From NCBI RefSeq assembly GCF_006345805.1, contig NC_043002.1:18662001-18726000 (forward strand): a DNA stretch of 64,000 nt. The letters are read 5' to 3'. The notes under the pieces are model-generated. The model was not told the origin of the DNA and did not search any database. It worked only from the letters and a program-made list of their open reading frames with translations. Origin of the DNA: Octopus sinensis. Lineage: Eukaryota. The translations under genes were made by a program, and so were the position numbers. Shown piece by piece: positions 40,701 to 53,798 of this stretch (the first letter of the stretch is position 1; every line of letters begins with the position of its first letter).

Positions 40701-41476
40701 TATTTAATGTAGGAGTGGCTGTGTGGTAAGTGGCTTGCTTATGAACCACATGGTTCCGGGTTCAGTCCCACTGCATGGCACCTTGGGCATGTGTCTTCTA
40801 CTATAGCCTTGGGCCAACCAAAGCCTTGTGAGTGGATTTGGTAGACGAAAGAAGCCTGTTGTATATATGTATATATATTTGTATGTGTGTATGTATATGT
40901 TTGTGTGTCTGTGTTTGTTCCCCCCAAAATCGCTTAACAACTGATGCTGGTGTGTTTATGTCCCCATAACTTAGCGGTTCGGCAAAAGAGACCAATAGAA
41001 TAAGTTCTTGGGTCAATTTGCTTGACTAAAGGCGGTGCTCCAGCATGGCCGCAGTCAAATAACTGAAGCGAGTAAAAGAGTCTGTTACCCATGCTAGCAT
41101 GGGTTGGATGGTGTCATCAGAGCTGGGTAGCTGCACCAGACTCCAGTCTGATTTTGCATGGTTTCTACAGCTGGATGCCATTCCTAACACCAACCACTTT
41201 ACAGTGTGTGCTGCATACTTTTATGTGGCACCATACAGGCACTTTTACATATCACTGCACAGGTGCTTTTACGTGACCCTACCACAAGTGCTTTATGTGA
41301 AGGTGTGGCTGTGTGGTTAAGAAGTTTGCTTCACAGCCATATGGTCTTGGGTTCAATCCAAGTGCATGGCACCTTGAGCAAAGATCAAAGCGTTATGAGT
41401 AAATTTAGTAGGCATAAACTGAAAGCCTGCATTATTAATACTTATATTAATAATTGGATATATATATATATATATC

Positions 41477-41700
41477 CAATTGCAGCATGGAAGGTGTTTA
41501 TAAGCCATTTAAAAACATAAAAACTGTTAGATTCACTTCAGCATTTAAATTTAATTTGTTAAATAAATTTAAATATTGAAGTGAATCTAACGGTTTTTGT
41601 GTTGTTAAATGGCTTATAAACACTTTCCACACTGCAATTGTTTTTGTTTCAGGACACGATGTTGGATCAAGTCACTTGCTATGCAAGTACATCTCCGTAA
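41477..41700. repeat. Fold-back repeat with ~75-bp inverted arms
   Basis: 41477-41553 pairs with 41564-41640. The right arm plus downstream sequence recurs at 23521-23660. Confidence 0.75.
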
Positions 41701-41989
41701 CATATATATATCATCATCATCATTCTCGTTTACCGTCCGTTTTCCATGCTGGCATGGATGGGTTGGACAGTTTGACTGGGTTCTGGGAAGCCAGGAGGCT
41801 GCAGCAGGCTCCAGTCTGATCTGACAGTATTTCTACAGCTAGATGCCCTTCCTAACATCAACCACTCCGAGAGTGTAGTGGGTGCTTTTTACGTGCCACC
41901 GGCACGGGGATCACAACTACAATTTCCATTTGATTTTGATGTACTTAACTCCATAGATCTCCTCAAGCACACACACACACATATGTATA

Positions 41990-42321
41990 CAGGGTTGGCC
42001 AAAAGTCATCTGACAGTAAATCAAAATTCCATAAATACTATCTGTAATTCTGTATTGACTCGAATGGGAAAATGTGTCACTCAAGAAGGACTGCAGTTTG
42101 AACAATTTTTATCATATTTCATATTCAGATGCTTTTATTGAATTCTAAAATCAATTATCAATGAAACAGGATACTATGTGGGTGGTATGTAGGCAAGAGA
42201 AAAAAAAAATCTGTGTGACTATATATATCTCGGGTAAGTCTTACAACACAACAGGGTGACATGTAATGAAGGAAGTTTCTTCTACTCTCACATGTATATC
42301 TTTGCAAATAATACAGCCCTG
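41990..42321. mobile_element. Tc1/mariner-type MITE containing a copy of 39121-39294
   Basis: TA|CAGGGTTG ... CAGCCCTG|TA boundaries. Internal CVTQEGLQFEQFL resembles a transposase C-terminus. Confidence 0.55.
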
Positions 42322-44588
42322 TATATATTGGTGCACTTGGTTTTGTGAATGAATGCCTAAGTGATAGTCTGGAGTTTTCAGAAACTGAAATTAACCAGCT
42401 AACAGGAACATTACTAATACAATCTGTAAGTGGAACAGCAAAAATATGCAAGACTTTTCTCAAGTTCAGAATGTGAGTTTGTTTTTGTTTTTCTACATCC
42501 CAACTATGGAGATTTATATCTTTACTAGAATCCAGCTTCTTCCTTACTGGAAGATTTCAAATAATTAAAAACAGAAGAGAAAATGCATACATGTGTGTAT
42601 GTTTGTGTGTGTGTTCTTTGTAATTGTCATCACTTTTACATCCACTTCTGTAAGCTCTCATGGATTGGATGGATCTTGTCATGTACAACAAAGCCTCGCT
42701 GTTTGTTGCTGTCCTTTGTCATTTCCTCCATGAAGTTTAGCCTCTTATGACAAGTTTCCACCACTTACTCTAATATCTGATGGTGTGTGTGTGTGTGTGT
42801 GCATATTTGTGTATGCACGAATAAATAAGTCCTGAACTAAATATAGCTTACGTGTAGACCAAACTGCTTGGTTCTTCCTGATAAAAAAGCATCTATCAAG
42901 GAGCGGTCAGCCATATTGAAACCTAGGAGGTTGTATGTAATTTTAACATCCATTCTTTGTTCAAGGGTTTCCATTAGTGGCATAAATGAAGAGAATTATT
43001 CTGTAAAGACCTTTGGTCGAAGAAGAGGCAAAATTAACCTGGTATGATTTGAACTTGGAATGTAAAGTGATGTGACTAAATATTACTAGGTATTTTACCC
43101 AATGTTCTCCCTCTCTGTTCTGCCCCTCACTAATTAGATGAAATAAAATAAGAATATCTAGAAAACTATCAAAGATTTAATGTGTAATTTAAAATTTTTT
43201 TTTATTTATTTTATTAAAAATGTTATGTCTGCCTGGATGTGTTGAGCATGACTTGAGTACAAGAAGTTTGCTTCCCAACCACATAGTTTCAGGTTCAGTC
43301 CCACTGCATGGCACCTTGGGCAAGTGTCTTCTTCCACAGCCTTGGGCCATCTAAAGCCTTGTAAGTGGATTTGGTAGCTGGAGAAAATGGAAAAATTAAC
43401 CCTTATATTCCTCTGACCACTTCTACCTCATGTTTCTATCCATCTCTTACACTCCTCCGTCACTCTTACAACCTTAACCACTCCTGCTGATTTTCCATGC
43501 TCTCCTCTGTTCACCTTCTTGGACATGTTATCATGAGGGTATGTTCAGGTGTCACATCACTACCATATTTCCTCCTTTTTGTGGCATCATTCCAGCTATC
43601 CTCACTCACCCATGTAAAATGTAAAGTAGCCATGAATCTCCCCCACAACAAATCTGTCCCTATTTTTCTCATCATATATTAATCTTTCAGTACCTCACAT
43701 AAAGTGGCCACCCTATTTTCTATTCTGCCTCTCAGGCGAAGGTGCTCTTTAGTCTTGCAGCTTACAAGGTAGCCTCACTAGGGCTGGTCCTACTCTGTAA
43801 AGTGACTGGTTTTTGGAGGAGCATCCAGCCATAGAAGCCATGTGGAAACTGAGACACTGCAGCATCCCCATAACTTAGCAGTTCAGCAAAAGAGACCTAT
43901 AGGAAGAGGGCTAGTTAATTAGATCGACCCTAGTATGCAACCAGTACTTCATTTATCGCCCCCGAAAGGATGAAAGACAAAGTTGACCTCAGCAGAATTT
44001 GATCCTATCTAACTGTCCAACTCATGATGCCAGCATAGAAAGCAGGCAAAAAATAGTGATGATGATGAGGATATATGCATGGTTCTGGGTTCAGTCCCAC
44101 TGCATGGCACCTTGGGTAGGTGTGTCTACTATAGCCTCAGGTCAACCAAAGCCTTGTGAGTTGAGTTGGTAGACAGAAACTGAAAGAAGCCTGTCGTATG
44201 TATTTGTGTTTCTGTGTTTCTCCCTCATCTCTATTGCTTGACAACCGATGCTGGTGTGATAACGTCTCCGTAACTTAGCAGTTCAGCAAAAGAGACCTAT
44301 AGAATAAGTGCTAGGCTTACAAAGAATAAGTCCTGGGGTCGATTTGTTCGACTAAATGCAGTGCTCCAGCATGGCCACTGTCAAATGACTGAAACAAATA
44401 AAAGAATAATCATTATCATCATGCTGTGTTCGAAACCCATGAAGGTGACTGGTTTCCATGCATTGTTCTTAGGACTCAATGAGATATGTAGCAATCATAT
44501 ATTGGTGTTGAAGTGATAGAAAGAGAAATGGTCGGAGGAGTAATAGTGTAAAATATGGAAAGATTGAATGTGAAAGACATAGTGAACA

Positions 44589-44624
<36 letters not shown>

Positions 44625-45330
44625 CGTGTGTGTATGTTTGTACGTGTGCAAGAGAGAGGAAGGGAGACTGATGTTTACAGCTCTGCCAATATTGGAAGCT
44701 ATGATGTCATTGGCACACAAGTACATGTGATGTCTTAGTCACCAAACTGTAGTGTCGAGATTTTTTGTTCATTGATTTCTATTTAACTGTCCTTTGTGTG
44801 TGGCTGTAGTTTGGTGGTCATATCGAGGGAGGGGTTATGGCAGTTTGCGACAGTGCTGGAGGAGCATTTATAGCGGTTGTGGCAGTGTTCGGGGGGTGGG
44901 GGTGCATTTATGACTGTGGTGGTTGATGGGTAGGGGAGTTGCTGCTGTAAAAATCTCTCATCAGCCAGTCAATAGGTGTGTTGCACAATAGAGGGTTTTT
45001 ATTATTTTTAAAAATTTTTTGTTTCAACAGTGCTAAAACCAATGCTAATAAATATTATAGCTGTGGTTTCTGTTATTATTGTTCTATGAATAGCTGTTGC
45101 TATGACGTGTGTGGGAGGGAGAAAAATTGTCTTTTTACAAGTGAGCCATTTATTGTCAGGTGATATTTTTTTTTTTTGTTTCTTATTTCTTGTGTTGGAC
45201 AATGAAACTACACCTCATTCAGACCACAGGGATTGGTTGATAAATGTTTCCAACACAACACACACATCTGATTTCAGACGTCAGCGGCAAATATTTTTGT
45301 GATTTTTACATAATACTTACTCTGAGTATT

Positions 45331-45543
45331 TTTTTTTTACTCTAGGCACAAGGCCTGAAATTTTTAGGAAGAGGGCTAGTTAATTAGATCGACCCTAGTA
45401 TGCAACTAGTACTTCATTTATCGGCCCCGAAAGGATGAAAGACAAAGATTACCTCAGCGGAATTTGAACTCAGAAAGTAAAGACACATGAAATACTGCTA
45501 AGCATTTCACCTGGTGTGCTAACGTTCTGCCAGTTCACCGCTT
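45331..45543 (-). mobile_element. SINE family C variant
   Basis: 17-bp TSD TACTTACTCTGA(G/A)TATT; family C head and middle with a different tail. Confidence 0.8.
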
Positions 45544-47810
45544 TACTTACTCTGAATATTCTATTAAAAATATCTCTAATATCATAATTTAATTAAGTTA
45601 GCATCCTACCAATTAACTGCACTATTATTTTGTGGTGCACTTGGTCCAAGAACATATCACCTCAGGCCAACAAGGCAAAAACATCTTTGTCAAGGGTCAA
45701 TGAATTTGTTTATGTTGACCCCTGGCAGTGATGTCTATATGACTATCCAAGGGTCAATAAACACCTGAATCAATTTTGAATGTTAAGGATGCTGATTAGC
45801 GAAATGAATCTTAAAGAACCAGGTTATCTAAGGCTAAACCTCACTAATTTCCAGCTAAATATTAATGCAAAAGATAGTATTCACTAAACATATTTTTCGT
45901 ATTAAATATTTTGATTACATCACTATAATATGACTTCATTTTTTTTTTTATGAATTTCATTAAGTATTTTCATTAAATTTCGTTTAAATATTTCTTATCA
46001 AAAAGTGGTAATGACACAAAAGAATAAAGGAATTATTGTTTCTAAATCAAAAAAAGATTTATTAATTATACTTTCTAATCATGGCCGTTTGCCAGCCTGC
46101 TCTGGCCCCTGTGCTGGTGGCACATAAAAAAACACCCACTACACTCACGGAGTGGTTGGCGTTAAGAAGGGCATCCAGCTGTAGAAGCACTGCGAAATCA
46201 GACTAGAGCCTGGTGCTGCCTCCATGAACCCGTTTGAACCATCCAACCCATGCTAGCGTGGAAAACGGACATTAAATGATGATGATGATGATGAATTTTA
46301 TTTTAGAAATTTACATGATTGGGATTAACAAGTTATCTGCAATTCCATTAAGGAGTTGTATAAGAAGCTTCTCAACCCCTGCCTTATGTGGTTTCTTGAC
46401 CTGCTAGGAATAACAGCTAATTCTCTCTCATCATTTCCTGCTGTCTTATAGGACAAGTTGGATAAAGTGATATCATGTGTGTCTTGATTTTTGAATAAGT
46501 ATACTGTGTGCCACCCAGCATTTCACAAGAGACAACTATAACGGTTGGAGACTCAAACACACACACACGACAGGTTTCTTTCAATTTCATTTACCAAATC
46601 CACTCACAAGCCTTTGGTCAGCCTGAGTGTTTTGAATACATTTGCCCCAGATGCTGTGAAGTGAGACTGAACTCAAGATCACATGGCTGGGAAGCAAATT
46701 TCTTAAGCACACAACCTGGGATTACTTCTTGCTCAAGCCAGAAGACTTGAATAAATAACAATTATATTTTGCCTGACTCACAATGTCAGCAGTAGTAAAC
46801 AAAACACTGGTTAATTTTATGCAACTCATACACAAAGAAAACTGTATTACACACAAGAGAAAAAAATTATATATGACTAAAGCAAGCACATTAACATACA
46901 ACTAAATTTAACGTCATGTGTCAGTTGGAAAGTAATATACAAACTGTATTACACCCCCATCCGAACATGTAATGGTTTTAATTCTATGGTGTTTACATGT
47001 ACCTAAGTACACAAAGGTGTCCCATGAAACAAAAGAAAAAAGATTGTTGTACGCATAAAAATATAAAGGCATAGGAGTGGCTGTGTGGTAAGTAGCTTGC
47101 TTACCAACCACATGGTTCCGGGTTCAGTCCCACTGTGTGGAACCTTAGGCAAGTGTCTTCTATTGTAGCCTCGGACTGACCAAAACCTTGTGAGTAGATT
47201 TGGTAGACGGAAACTGAAAGAAGCCTGTCGTATATATGTGTATATATATATATGTGTGTGTGTGTGTGTATATGTTTGTGTGTCTGTGTTTGTCCCTCCA
47301 GCATCGCTTGACAACTGATGCTGGTGTGTTTATGTCCCGATAACTTAGCGGTTCGGCAAAAGAGACCAATAGAATAAACACTAGGCTTACAAACAATAAT
47401 TCCTGGGGTCGATTTGCTCGACTAAAGGCGATGCTCCAGCATGGCCACAGTCAAATGACTGAAACAAGTAAAAGAGTAAAAGAGATAAACTGGAGCCAAT
47501 GATAGAACCACTATTTTCATATTTTCATCATCATCATTTTAATGTCCTCTTTCCATGCTGGTATGGGTTGGATGGTTGACGGGTCTGAGGATTGCATTAT
47601 TCTGCATTGTCTGAATTGGTGTGGTGTCTACAATTGGATGACCTTCCTAACAGTTTGCTGAGTTTACTAAGTGTACTGGGTTCTTTTTTGATGACACCAG
47701 CACTAGTGGGGTTGCTATGTAGCTTGCAAAACTAAGGTCCCTTTTGGTTTAGTGAGCTGCAATTAAGAGTCTCATTTCCAAAATAGTCACTTCATTACCA
47801 TAGATTTTCT

Positions 47811-48046
47811 TATTTCTTTATTACCCACAAGGGGCTAAACACAGAGGGGACAAACAAGGACAGACAAAGGTATTAAGTCGATTACATCGACCCCAGTATG
47901 TAACTGGTACTTAATTTATTGACCCCAAAAGGATGAAAGGCAAAGTCGACCTCAGCGGAATTTGAACTCACAACGTAAAGACAGACGAAATACCACTAAG
48001 CATTTCGCCCAGCGTGCTAACGTTTCTGCCAGCTTGCCACCTTTAA
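47811..48046 (-). mobile_element. SINE family C
   Basis: Perfect 17-bp TSD ATTACCATAGATTTTCT at 47794-47810 and 48047-48063. Confidence 0.9.
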
Positions 48047-48172
48047 ATTACCATAGATTTTCTGTCACATGCATACTGATTCATGTTTCTCAACACTAAC
48101 AATTAGATATTCTTTTTTCTTCAATGTTTCCCTCTGTTATCAAACTGTTTCATGTTCTTATTCTATTTACAG

Positions 48173-48242
48173 CAAAACAACATAAAGCAGAACTTAGGGA
48201 AAATACTTGTCAACTGACAAACATTCGAAAAATATTCCTTTG
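48173..48242 (+). other. Candidate 70-bp non-coding (5'UTR) exon
   Basis: Pyrimidine tract ending TTTACAG at 48172, donor TG|GTAAGT at 48243, no ATG inside, non-repetitive sequence. Confidence 0.45.
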
Positions 48243-49392
48243 GTAAGTTTTCACCTATGATATTCAGTTCATTTAACAATGCAAACCAATGATGTCTCCT
48301 TTATTTGACCATTCAACTTGTTAGAAATAAAAGTCACAAAAAAACAAAAAAAAGCAAAATGGAAAGAACACATTGAATATTGTTGTCTCTGATATGCACC
48401 AACAACTAAGGGTCCTTGCATGGCTTGAGAGTTTTTCATCATATATCTGCTTGATCTGAACTGACCTTGGGGAACAAACACAAACAACATCAATATTCAC
48501 TTAACACACCACTAATCATCTTTTGTTTTGAATTCCTTTGAAGAATATCTCTTGTCTAACTGCCAAAAAATGATACAAGAGTTATATTCCTAAGGCAATA
48601 ATATGAGGGTTATACTCCTATAGCAATAATATAAAGGTTATACCCATACAACAAACTACCCACCATACACATACCTATTACACACATCCCTAAACCTTGG
48701 CTCTTCGAGTTTAATGGTTGGTTGGTTGGTTGGAGTTACACCAATTCTATGCTATCCCTGACCCATCAGACACAGCCAGATGAGTAACTGAAACAACCTG
48801 CTTTGACCTGTACCTCTACATTCCACATGATCAAAACTCATAAGCTCAAATCATCCAGCAGTTTAAGCAAAGAAAATTATCTAATCTGCAGTGTTTAGGG
48901 AAAATCTCTCTCTCCTACAAACGGCTTTTACCCTCTACTACAACTCCTATAAGACTGTCATATGAAAAATGAAAGACATCTCCATGCATCACACAACTCT
49001 CAAGTTATCCCATCTCCTAAACTGCAACCAATCCTTTTTGCTCCTTATCATCTCTAACAACTTTGCAGAACCCTTCTTCCACTTTTCAACCATAGTGTTT
49101 GTAAGATAGAGAAAACCTTGCCATTTGCTTCTTCCACTCCACCAGGATTTGAACTCAGAATGTAGCGGCAGATGAAATATCGCTAAGCATTTCACCCGGC
49201 GTGCTTACCATTTCTGCCAGCTCGCCACCTTCCATTAAGCAAACCTATGACCAAAAGCATTCCAGATTTGACCATCCCCTCCTTTTTGTATATCTAGGAC
49301 CATACTACATTATCTAATGTGTTATTTTTTAAGAAGGTAGATATTTGATTTAAGAGAGATTTAGCTGCTCTCAGATTGGCTCTGAAGTTGGA

Positions 49393-49872
49393 TTAGTTAG
49401 TTAGTTAGTTAATTTGGCTCAAAAGCAAATAGCAAGGCCATGTAGGGGGACATGGAGTTAAGTACAGGGTGGTGTTCATGTAAAGAGTTCAGGCCACTTG
49501 AGGTCCAGGGAGGCTTTGAACAAAGCGGTCGTTGGCATCTTCACCATCTCATCTGGCAGCTTGTTCCACGGATCCGCAACCCGGACGGAGAAAGCTCCTC
49601 TCCTTCGATTGAGATGAAATCGTCGCAGGTAGAGCTTTTCGGAATGACCCCGCAGCCGACGCTCCGGAGCAGGAGTGAAGAACAGCTCTTTCGAGAGGTT
49701 ACACTTCCTGCTTATGATGTTGTGGGCGAGAATGAGATCACCACGGCGGCGGCGTTTTTCAAGAGAATAAAGGTCGAGCGTCCTCAGCCTTTCTTCGTAG
49801 GACAAATTTTTGAGACCATGAACCAGGCGGGTAGCCAGCCTCTGGACTCTTTCGAGGTGCTGTATGTCTTTG
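49393..49872 (-). mobile_element. Young CR1-type LINE 3' end (family 2) with (AACT)n tail
   Basis: Intact ORF 49476-49805: SYEERLRTLDLYSLEKRRRRGDLI..LRGHSEKL..FSVRVADPWNKLP, the classical CR1 RT C-terminus. Confidence 0.92.
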
Positions 49873-50879
49873 AGGAGATAAGGAGAAGATTACATTTGTA
49901 CAGTGTAGAAAAAAAAAAAAAAAGTGAAGCAGTGAATTCCAGGATTGCCCAGACTTGGGATGATCAAAACTGAAATGACTGTTCAAACATTCGTTTATAT
50001 TACATATTATTAAGGTGGCGAGCTGGCTGAAATGCTAGGTCGTCAGACAAAATGCTTAGTGAAATTTCTTGTAACATTCTATGTTCTGAGTTCAAATTCT
50101 GTCAAAGTCCACTTCTCATCCTAACAGGGTTGATAAAAATAAGTAGTACCTATTGAGTACTGGGGACAATGTAATCAAGTTATCCCATTCTCTTTAAATC
50201 GCTGGCCTTATGTCAAAATCTGAAACCATTATTATTATTATTAATGTGGTGAGCTAGCCAAATCATTTCTTCTCTTGTTACATTCTGAGATTCAAATACT
50301 GCCGAGGTCAACTTTGTCTTTAATCCTTTTGGAGTTGGTAAATAAATACCAGATGAGCATTGCAGTCAGTGTATTTGACTTCCCCTTCCCTCAAAATGTT
50401 AGGATCTGTGCTTATAGTAAAAATGATTATTATTATTGTTATATTGGATGTCAATTTCCCTTTTCATTACCACACGGGGATAAAATTAACTCACAAATGG
50501 CTGAGTACTCCACAGACATGCATAACATTAATGTTATGGGGAGATTCAGACATATCCAGCGTTGCTCAGGATTTAAACGGCGTAGTTTGTATATATGGTA
50601 CAGTTAAGTTGAAATGTGATACAGGGAAGTACAACATTGATAGCAAAACATTTGTGGAGTAAATGAAGGGCTAATTCGACTAAGTGACATGTCATGCATC
50701 TGTTTGGAAGATTCCAGGCCCTAGCCTTGTCATGGAAAAGTGAGTGGAGGTGTGTGATTTTTGAATGCACCAAAAATCTCTCAGTGGATATACTCTCCCT
50801 TGCAGCTGTCAGCGCTGTTGCTACCACGCTAAACAATCAGCAGGCATAGGAACTACATCTATATGATAAATTAAGCCTG

Positions 50880-51487
50880 TGGCTGCACTCAACAGCACCA
50901 CATGAGAGAAATCTGCATGAAATAAATGATGTGGGAAGGCGGTGGGGGATTGGCTGAAGCTATTAATGCAGCATTCCTGGCCAGGCAAATACTATGCTGC
51001 TCATCGCTTTTCGTTGCGCTTGCAGTAGCTGTACATGCAGTATTTTGTGATTGTCTGATTGAAGTTGTGTGTAATGATTCATTTGCTCTCCTTCTTTTCA
51101 ATTTCTCTGCTACTGTCGTTTTTCGACCAATGGAGGATCTCTTCTTCAGAGACATTATGTCAAGAAATATGATGTAATAAACTAAGATGTCAATTGTACG
51201 TTAATAATGAAATGTCGATAAAATAAAGTAAATAATATCAATATCTTAGCAAATTTTAAGAGAAGTTACTTCACAAAGAGTTACCTCCCTTCCCTACAGT
51301 ACTCATACTTACCACGGGAAAGGGGAATTTCTGACCCCTGAGGCCCCATTACTCATGTGAAAAATTTTAAGAGTTTAAAACCATCTCTGGAACATAAATT
51401 ATGTATGTTCCTAGTTTGAAGAAAATCAGTTGTGAACTTCAGAAGTTATGCAGGGTTTACACACACACTAAGTTTTATATATGTAGA
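50880..51487 (-). mobile_element. Helitron 5' end with RepHel-like N-terminal fragment
   Basis: Minus strand begins TCTACATATATAAAAC..TGTGTGTG..ATAACTTC. ORF MSLKKRSSIGRKT..KRRRANES..DEQ resembles the basic N-terminus of Helitron RepHel proteins. No 3' CTRR end was identified. Confidence 0.5.
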
Positions 51488-51972
51488 AAGCAAGCTGGTT
51501 GGATCATAAGTGTTAGTGAAAAAACCTTGTGGTATTTCTTCCTATTCTTTATGTTTGGGGCTCAACTTTGCCTTTCATTCTTCAGGGGTTAATAAAATAA
51601 AGTATCAGTTAAGTACTGAGATAAATGGTATTGACTAATCTAACCCTTAAGAATTGCAACCTTTCTGTCTATATTAGAAACCATTACCATTATTATTATT
51701 ATTATCATCAAGGATATTCTCCAGTGTATTGCTTTGTTTGAAAATGAATTTCAGTTGAAGGAAATTTGGCTGCTATTTTCCCCTCATTGACTTGTGCATA
51801 AAGTTTAACAAATCATATACTGCAAGGTTGACTTTGAAATGGAAAGAAAAAAAACGCATAACCTCTTTCAAGAGCCATAGTCCTCCACTACCATCAACAT
51901 ACATTTCGTTTTTGTCTGCATATAAATGATCCATAAATATTCACCACTTTGAGGATGCTCATCTGTCTACAG

Positions 51973-52283
51973 CAGTGGTTCTCAACGATTTTTTGCCCAT
52001 GGGCCTTTTTTATTACTATCCTATTCTGGTGGACCCTCCAGCGCCATTTAATATTTTATGGATACTTCTGTCAAAATCCCTATTTTGTTATTCACACATT
52101 AACTTGTGTAGGTTGAAACTATGAAAAACATCAGAGAATGAAACTTAGCTTTTTCTTGCAACAAATACATCCAAAGTAAGATTCTTTCACGGACACTTAA
52201 AATACCAGGGTGGATCTCTGATTTACTATTTTGTCTGTTTAGACCCTGCAAAATCTTATATGGACCCCAGTTGTGAACCACTG
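51973..52283. mobile_element. hAT (Charlie-like) MITE
   Basis: TIRs CAGTGGTTCTCAAC / GTTGTGAACCACTG; imperfect 8-bp TSD GTCTACAG / GTCTGTAG. Confidence 0.8.
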
Positions 52284-52330
52284 GTCTGTAGGCTATAACC
52301 AGGAATCAAATACAGGGAAGAGTAAGTGAA

Positions 52331-52712
52331 ATCTATCTATCTGTATAGGTCGTCTCTCAGTACGCCCCAAGACTGTTTCCACACATTTCCCCACTTTCAT
52401 CTCGATCTTCCATAATGGTCCTGTACCCCTTCTATACCAGTATCTCCAGCAAGTTGTTGATAGATTGTCTTCCTCTTTCCTCTCCTGGTTTTTCCTTCCA
52501 TTGGTTGCCGGAGCACTAGCTTGTTAGCAATTTCATCAGTGGGTCTGATGCAGTGTCCAGCTAGCCTCAGCCTTCTATGTTGTATCTTCAAGGTTACGAG
52601 TGGTAGTCCCTGGTATAAGTCAGCATTTGTTGTATGACTCTTCCAGGAGACATTGAGTGCTGTTCTAAGCATCCTCGTACAACAACTGTCCAACTGCTTC
52701 TTCAATGCTTTA
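52331..52712 (-). mobile_element. RTE-like LINE 3' part
   Basis: ORF 52397-52705: LDSCCTRMLRTALNVSW..TNADLY..IQHRRLRLAGHCIR..RRGKRKT. (TAGA)n tail at 52331. Confidence 0.85.
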
Positions 52713-52714
52713 GA

Positions 52715-53152
52715 GCCTTAACAGGGAGGCTACCATTATCTATGTAGACTTTAAAAAGGCTTTTGATTCAGTACATAGAGGAATGTTGATGAAGATACTT
52801 AACCCTTTAGTGTTCAGAATACTCTGTTAAATGTAATACTTTTTCACGCAAATTGTTTTGAATTAATCATGCATTATCTTATAGCTTTGAGGTTTCAATG
52901 ATGTGATTGTTTATTTTCAGAATGGCATTGTAGGTTAGGAGTGAGAGGCTAGATATCGCCAGTTTGAATATAAAACATATAGAATATATTGGGCCGGATT
53001 TGGCCGGTTTAAACACTAAAGGGTTAAAGCATGTGATAGTCCACCAAGAATTCTGAGAGCAATAAGTAAGCTGTATGAGAACACCAGAGCGAAAGTGATC
53101 ACTCCTGGTGGAGAGACGGAATACTTTGAAGTCAAAGCTGGAGTATTACAAA
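52715..53152 (+). mobile_element. Inverted internal RT segment, probably of the same LINE, interrupted by a MITE
   Basis: YVDFKKAFDSVHRGMLMKIL continues in frame as KACDSPPRILRAISKLYENTRAKVITPGGETEYFEVKAGVLQ once the MITE is removed. Confidence 0.85.
52803..53023. mobile_element. piggyBac-type MITE
   Basis: Perfect TIR CCCTTTAGTGTT / AACACTAAAGGG; TTAA TSD at 52799-52802 and 53024-53027. Confidence 0.9.
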
Positions 53153-53369
53153 TGAAATAGTAGCTAGGTATTGAACCAGTTTTGCATTGGAAACTGCAGC
53201 CGAGCACTATAGGAAATTTAAAAAATGACAGGAAGACTAAGTCTCCAGTGACAACCCTATAATCCAATGTTTTGTTTTGTGCTAATTTTTTTTTTATACT
53301 TTCACTGAACTTGTTTTCTTTGTTTTCTTTCCAGTCACACCTGTCTGCAACCAACAGAAATCTATCACA

Positions 53370-53585
53370 ATGAATTGCAATTGGTTCTGGAGTATTCTCT
53401 GGTTTATAATCTTATTGGTGTTTGGCCTTCCGATTGGCCTTCTCTGTGCTATCCTGTTTGTCTTGATCAGTCCATGTGCAGCCTGCTGTAATGGCTGCGT
53501 AGAGCTAATGAACCTCTTGGACAGAGGACTCAAACTGCCACTGACTTGTGCACAAAACATGGTTGTGGGTAAATCTCCATGTTAA
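53370..53585 (+). CDS. 71-aa cysteine-rich small membrane protein, uncharacterised
   Basis: Non-repetitive ORF with ACA-ATG context, 35 nt into an exon with a strong acceptor (pyrimidine tract, CCAG ending 53334). It has a long hydrophobic segment broken by G-x-P, a CAACC cluster and an amphipathic tail. AATAAA lies downstream. Confidence 0.8.
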   Translation: MNCNWFWSILWFIILLVFGLPIGLLCAILFVLISPCAACCNGCVELMNLLDRGLKLPLTCAQNMVVGKSPC

Positions 53586-53727
53586 AAAAGGGAAGAAAAA
53601 AATTTTTTTTAAATCTATGAAATCCTGTCACCCGCCCCCTACCAACATAACCGATTCCCTCCATCATAATTTATATAAAAACATAAAAAAAAAACCTGTT
53701 TTCTTTTTCTTTTTTTAACATTTCGAA

Positions 53728-53733
53728 AATAAA
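53728..53733 (+). terminator. Polyadenylation signal AATAAA of the microprotein gene
   Basis: About 140 nt after the stop codon in an AT-rich UTR. Confidence 0.5.
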
Positions 53734-53798
53734 ATTTCAATGTATTGTAATCTTCTTAAAAGTCCATGTGGAAAAGCCGAACGGTACACTGAAGGCTC

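Noticed and set aside
49452-49973. 173-aa plus-strand ORF
   Set aside because: Antisense shadow of the CR1 RT fragment.
53294-53560. 88-aa minus-strand ORF
   Set aside because: Antisense to the better-supported 71-aa ORF, with no splice or polyA support.
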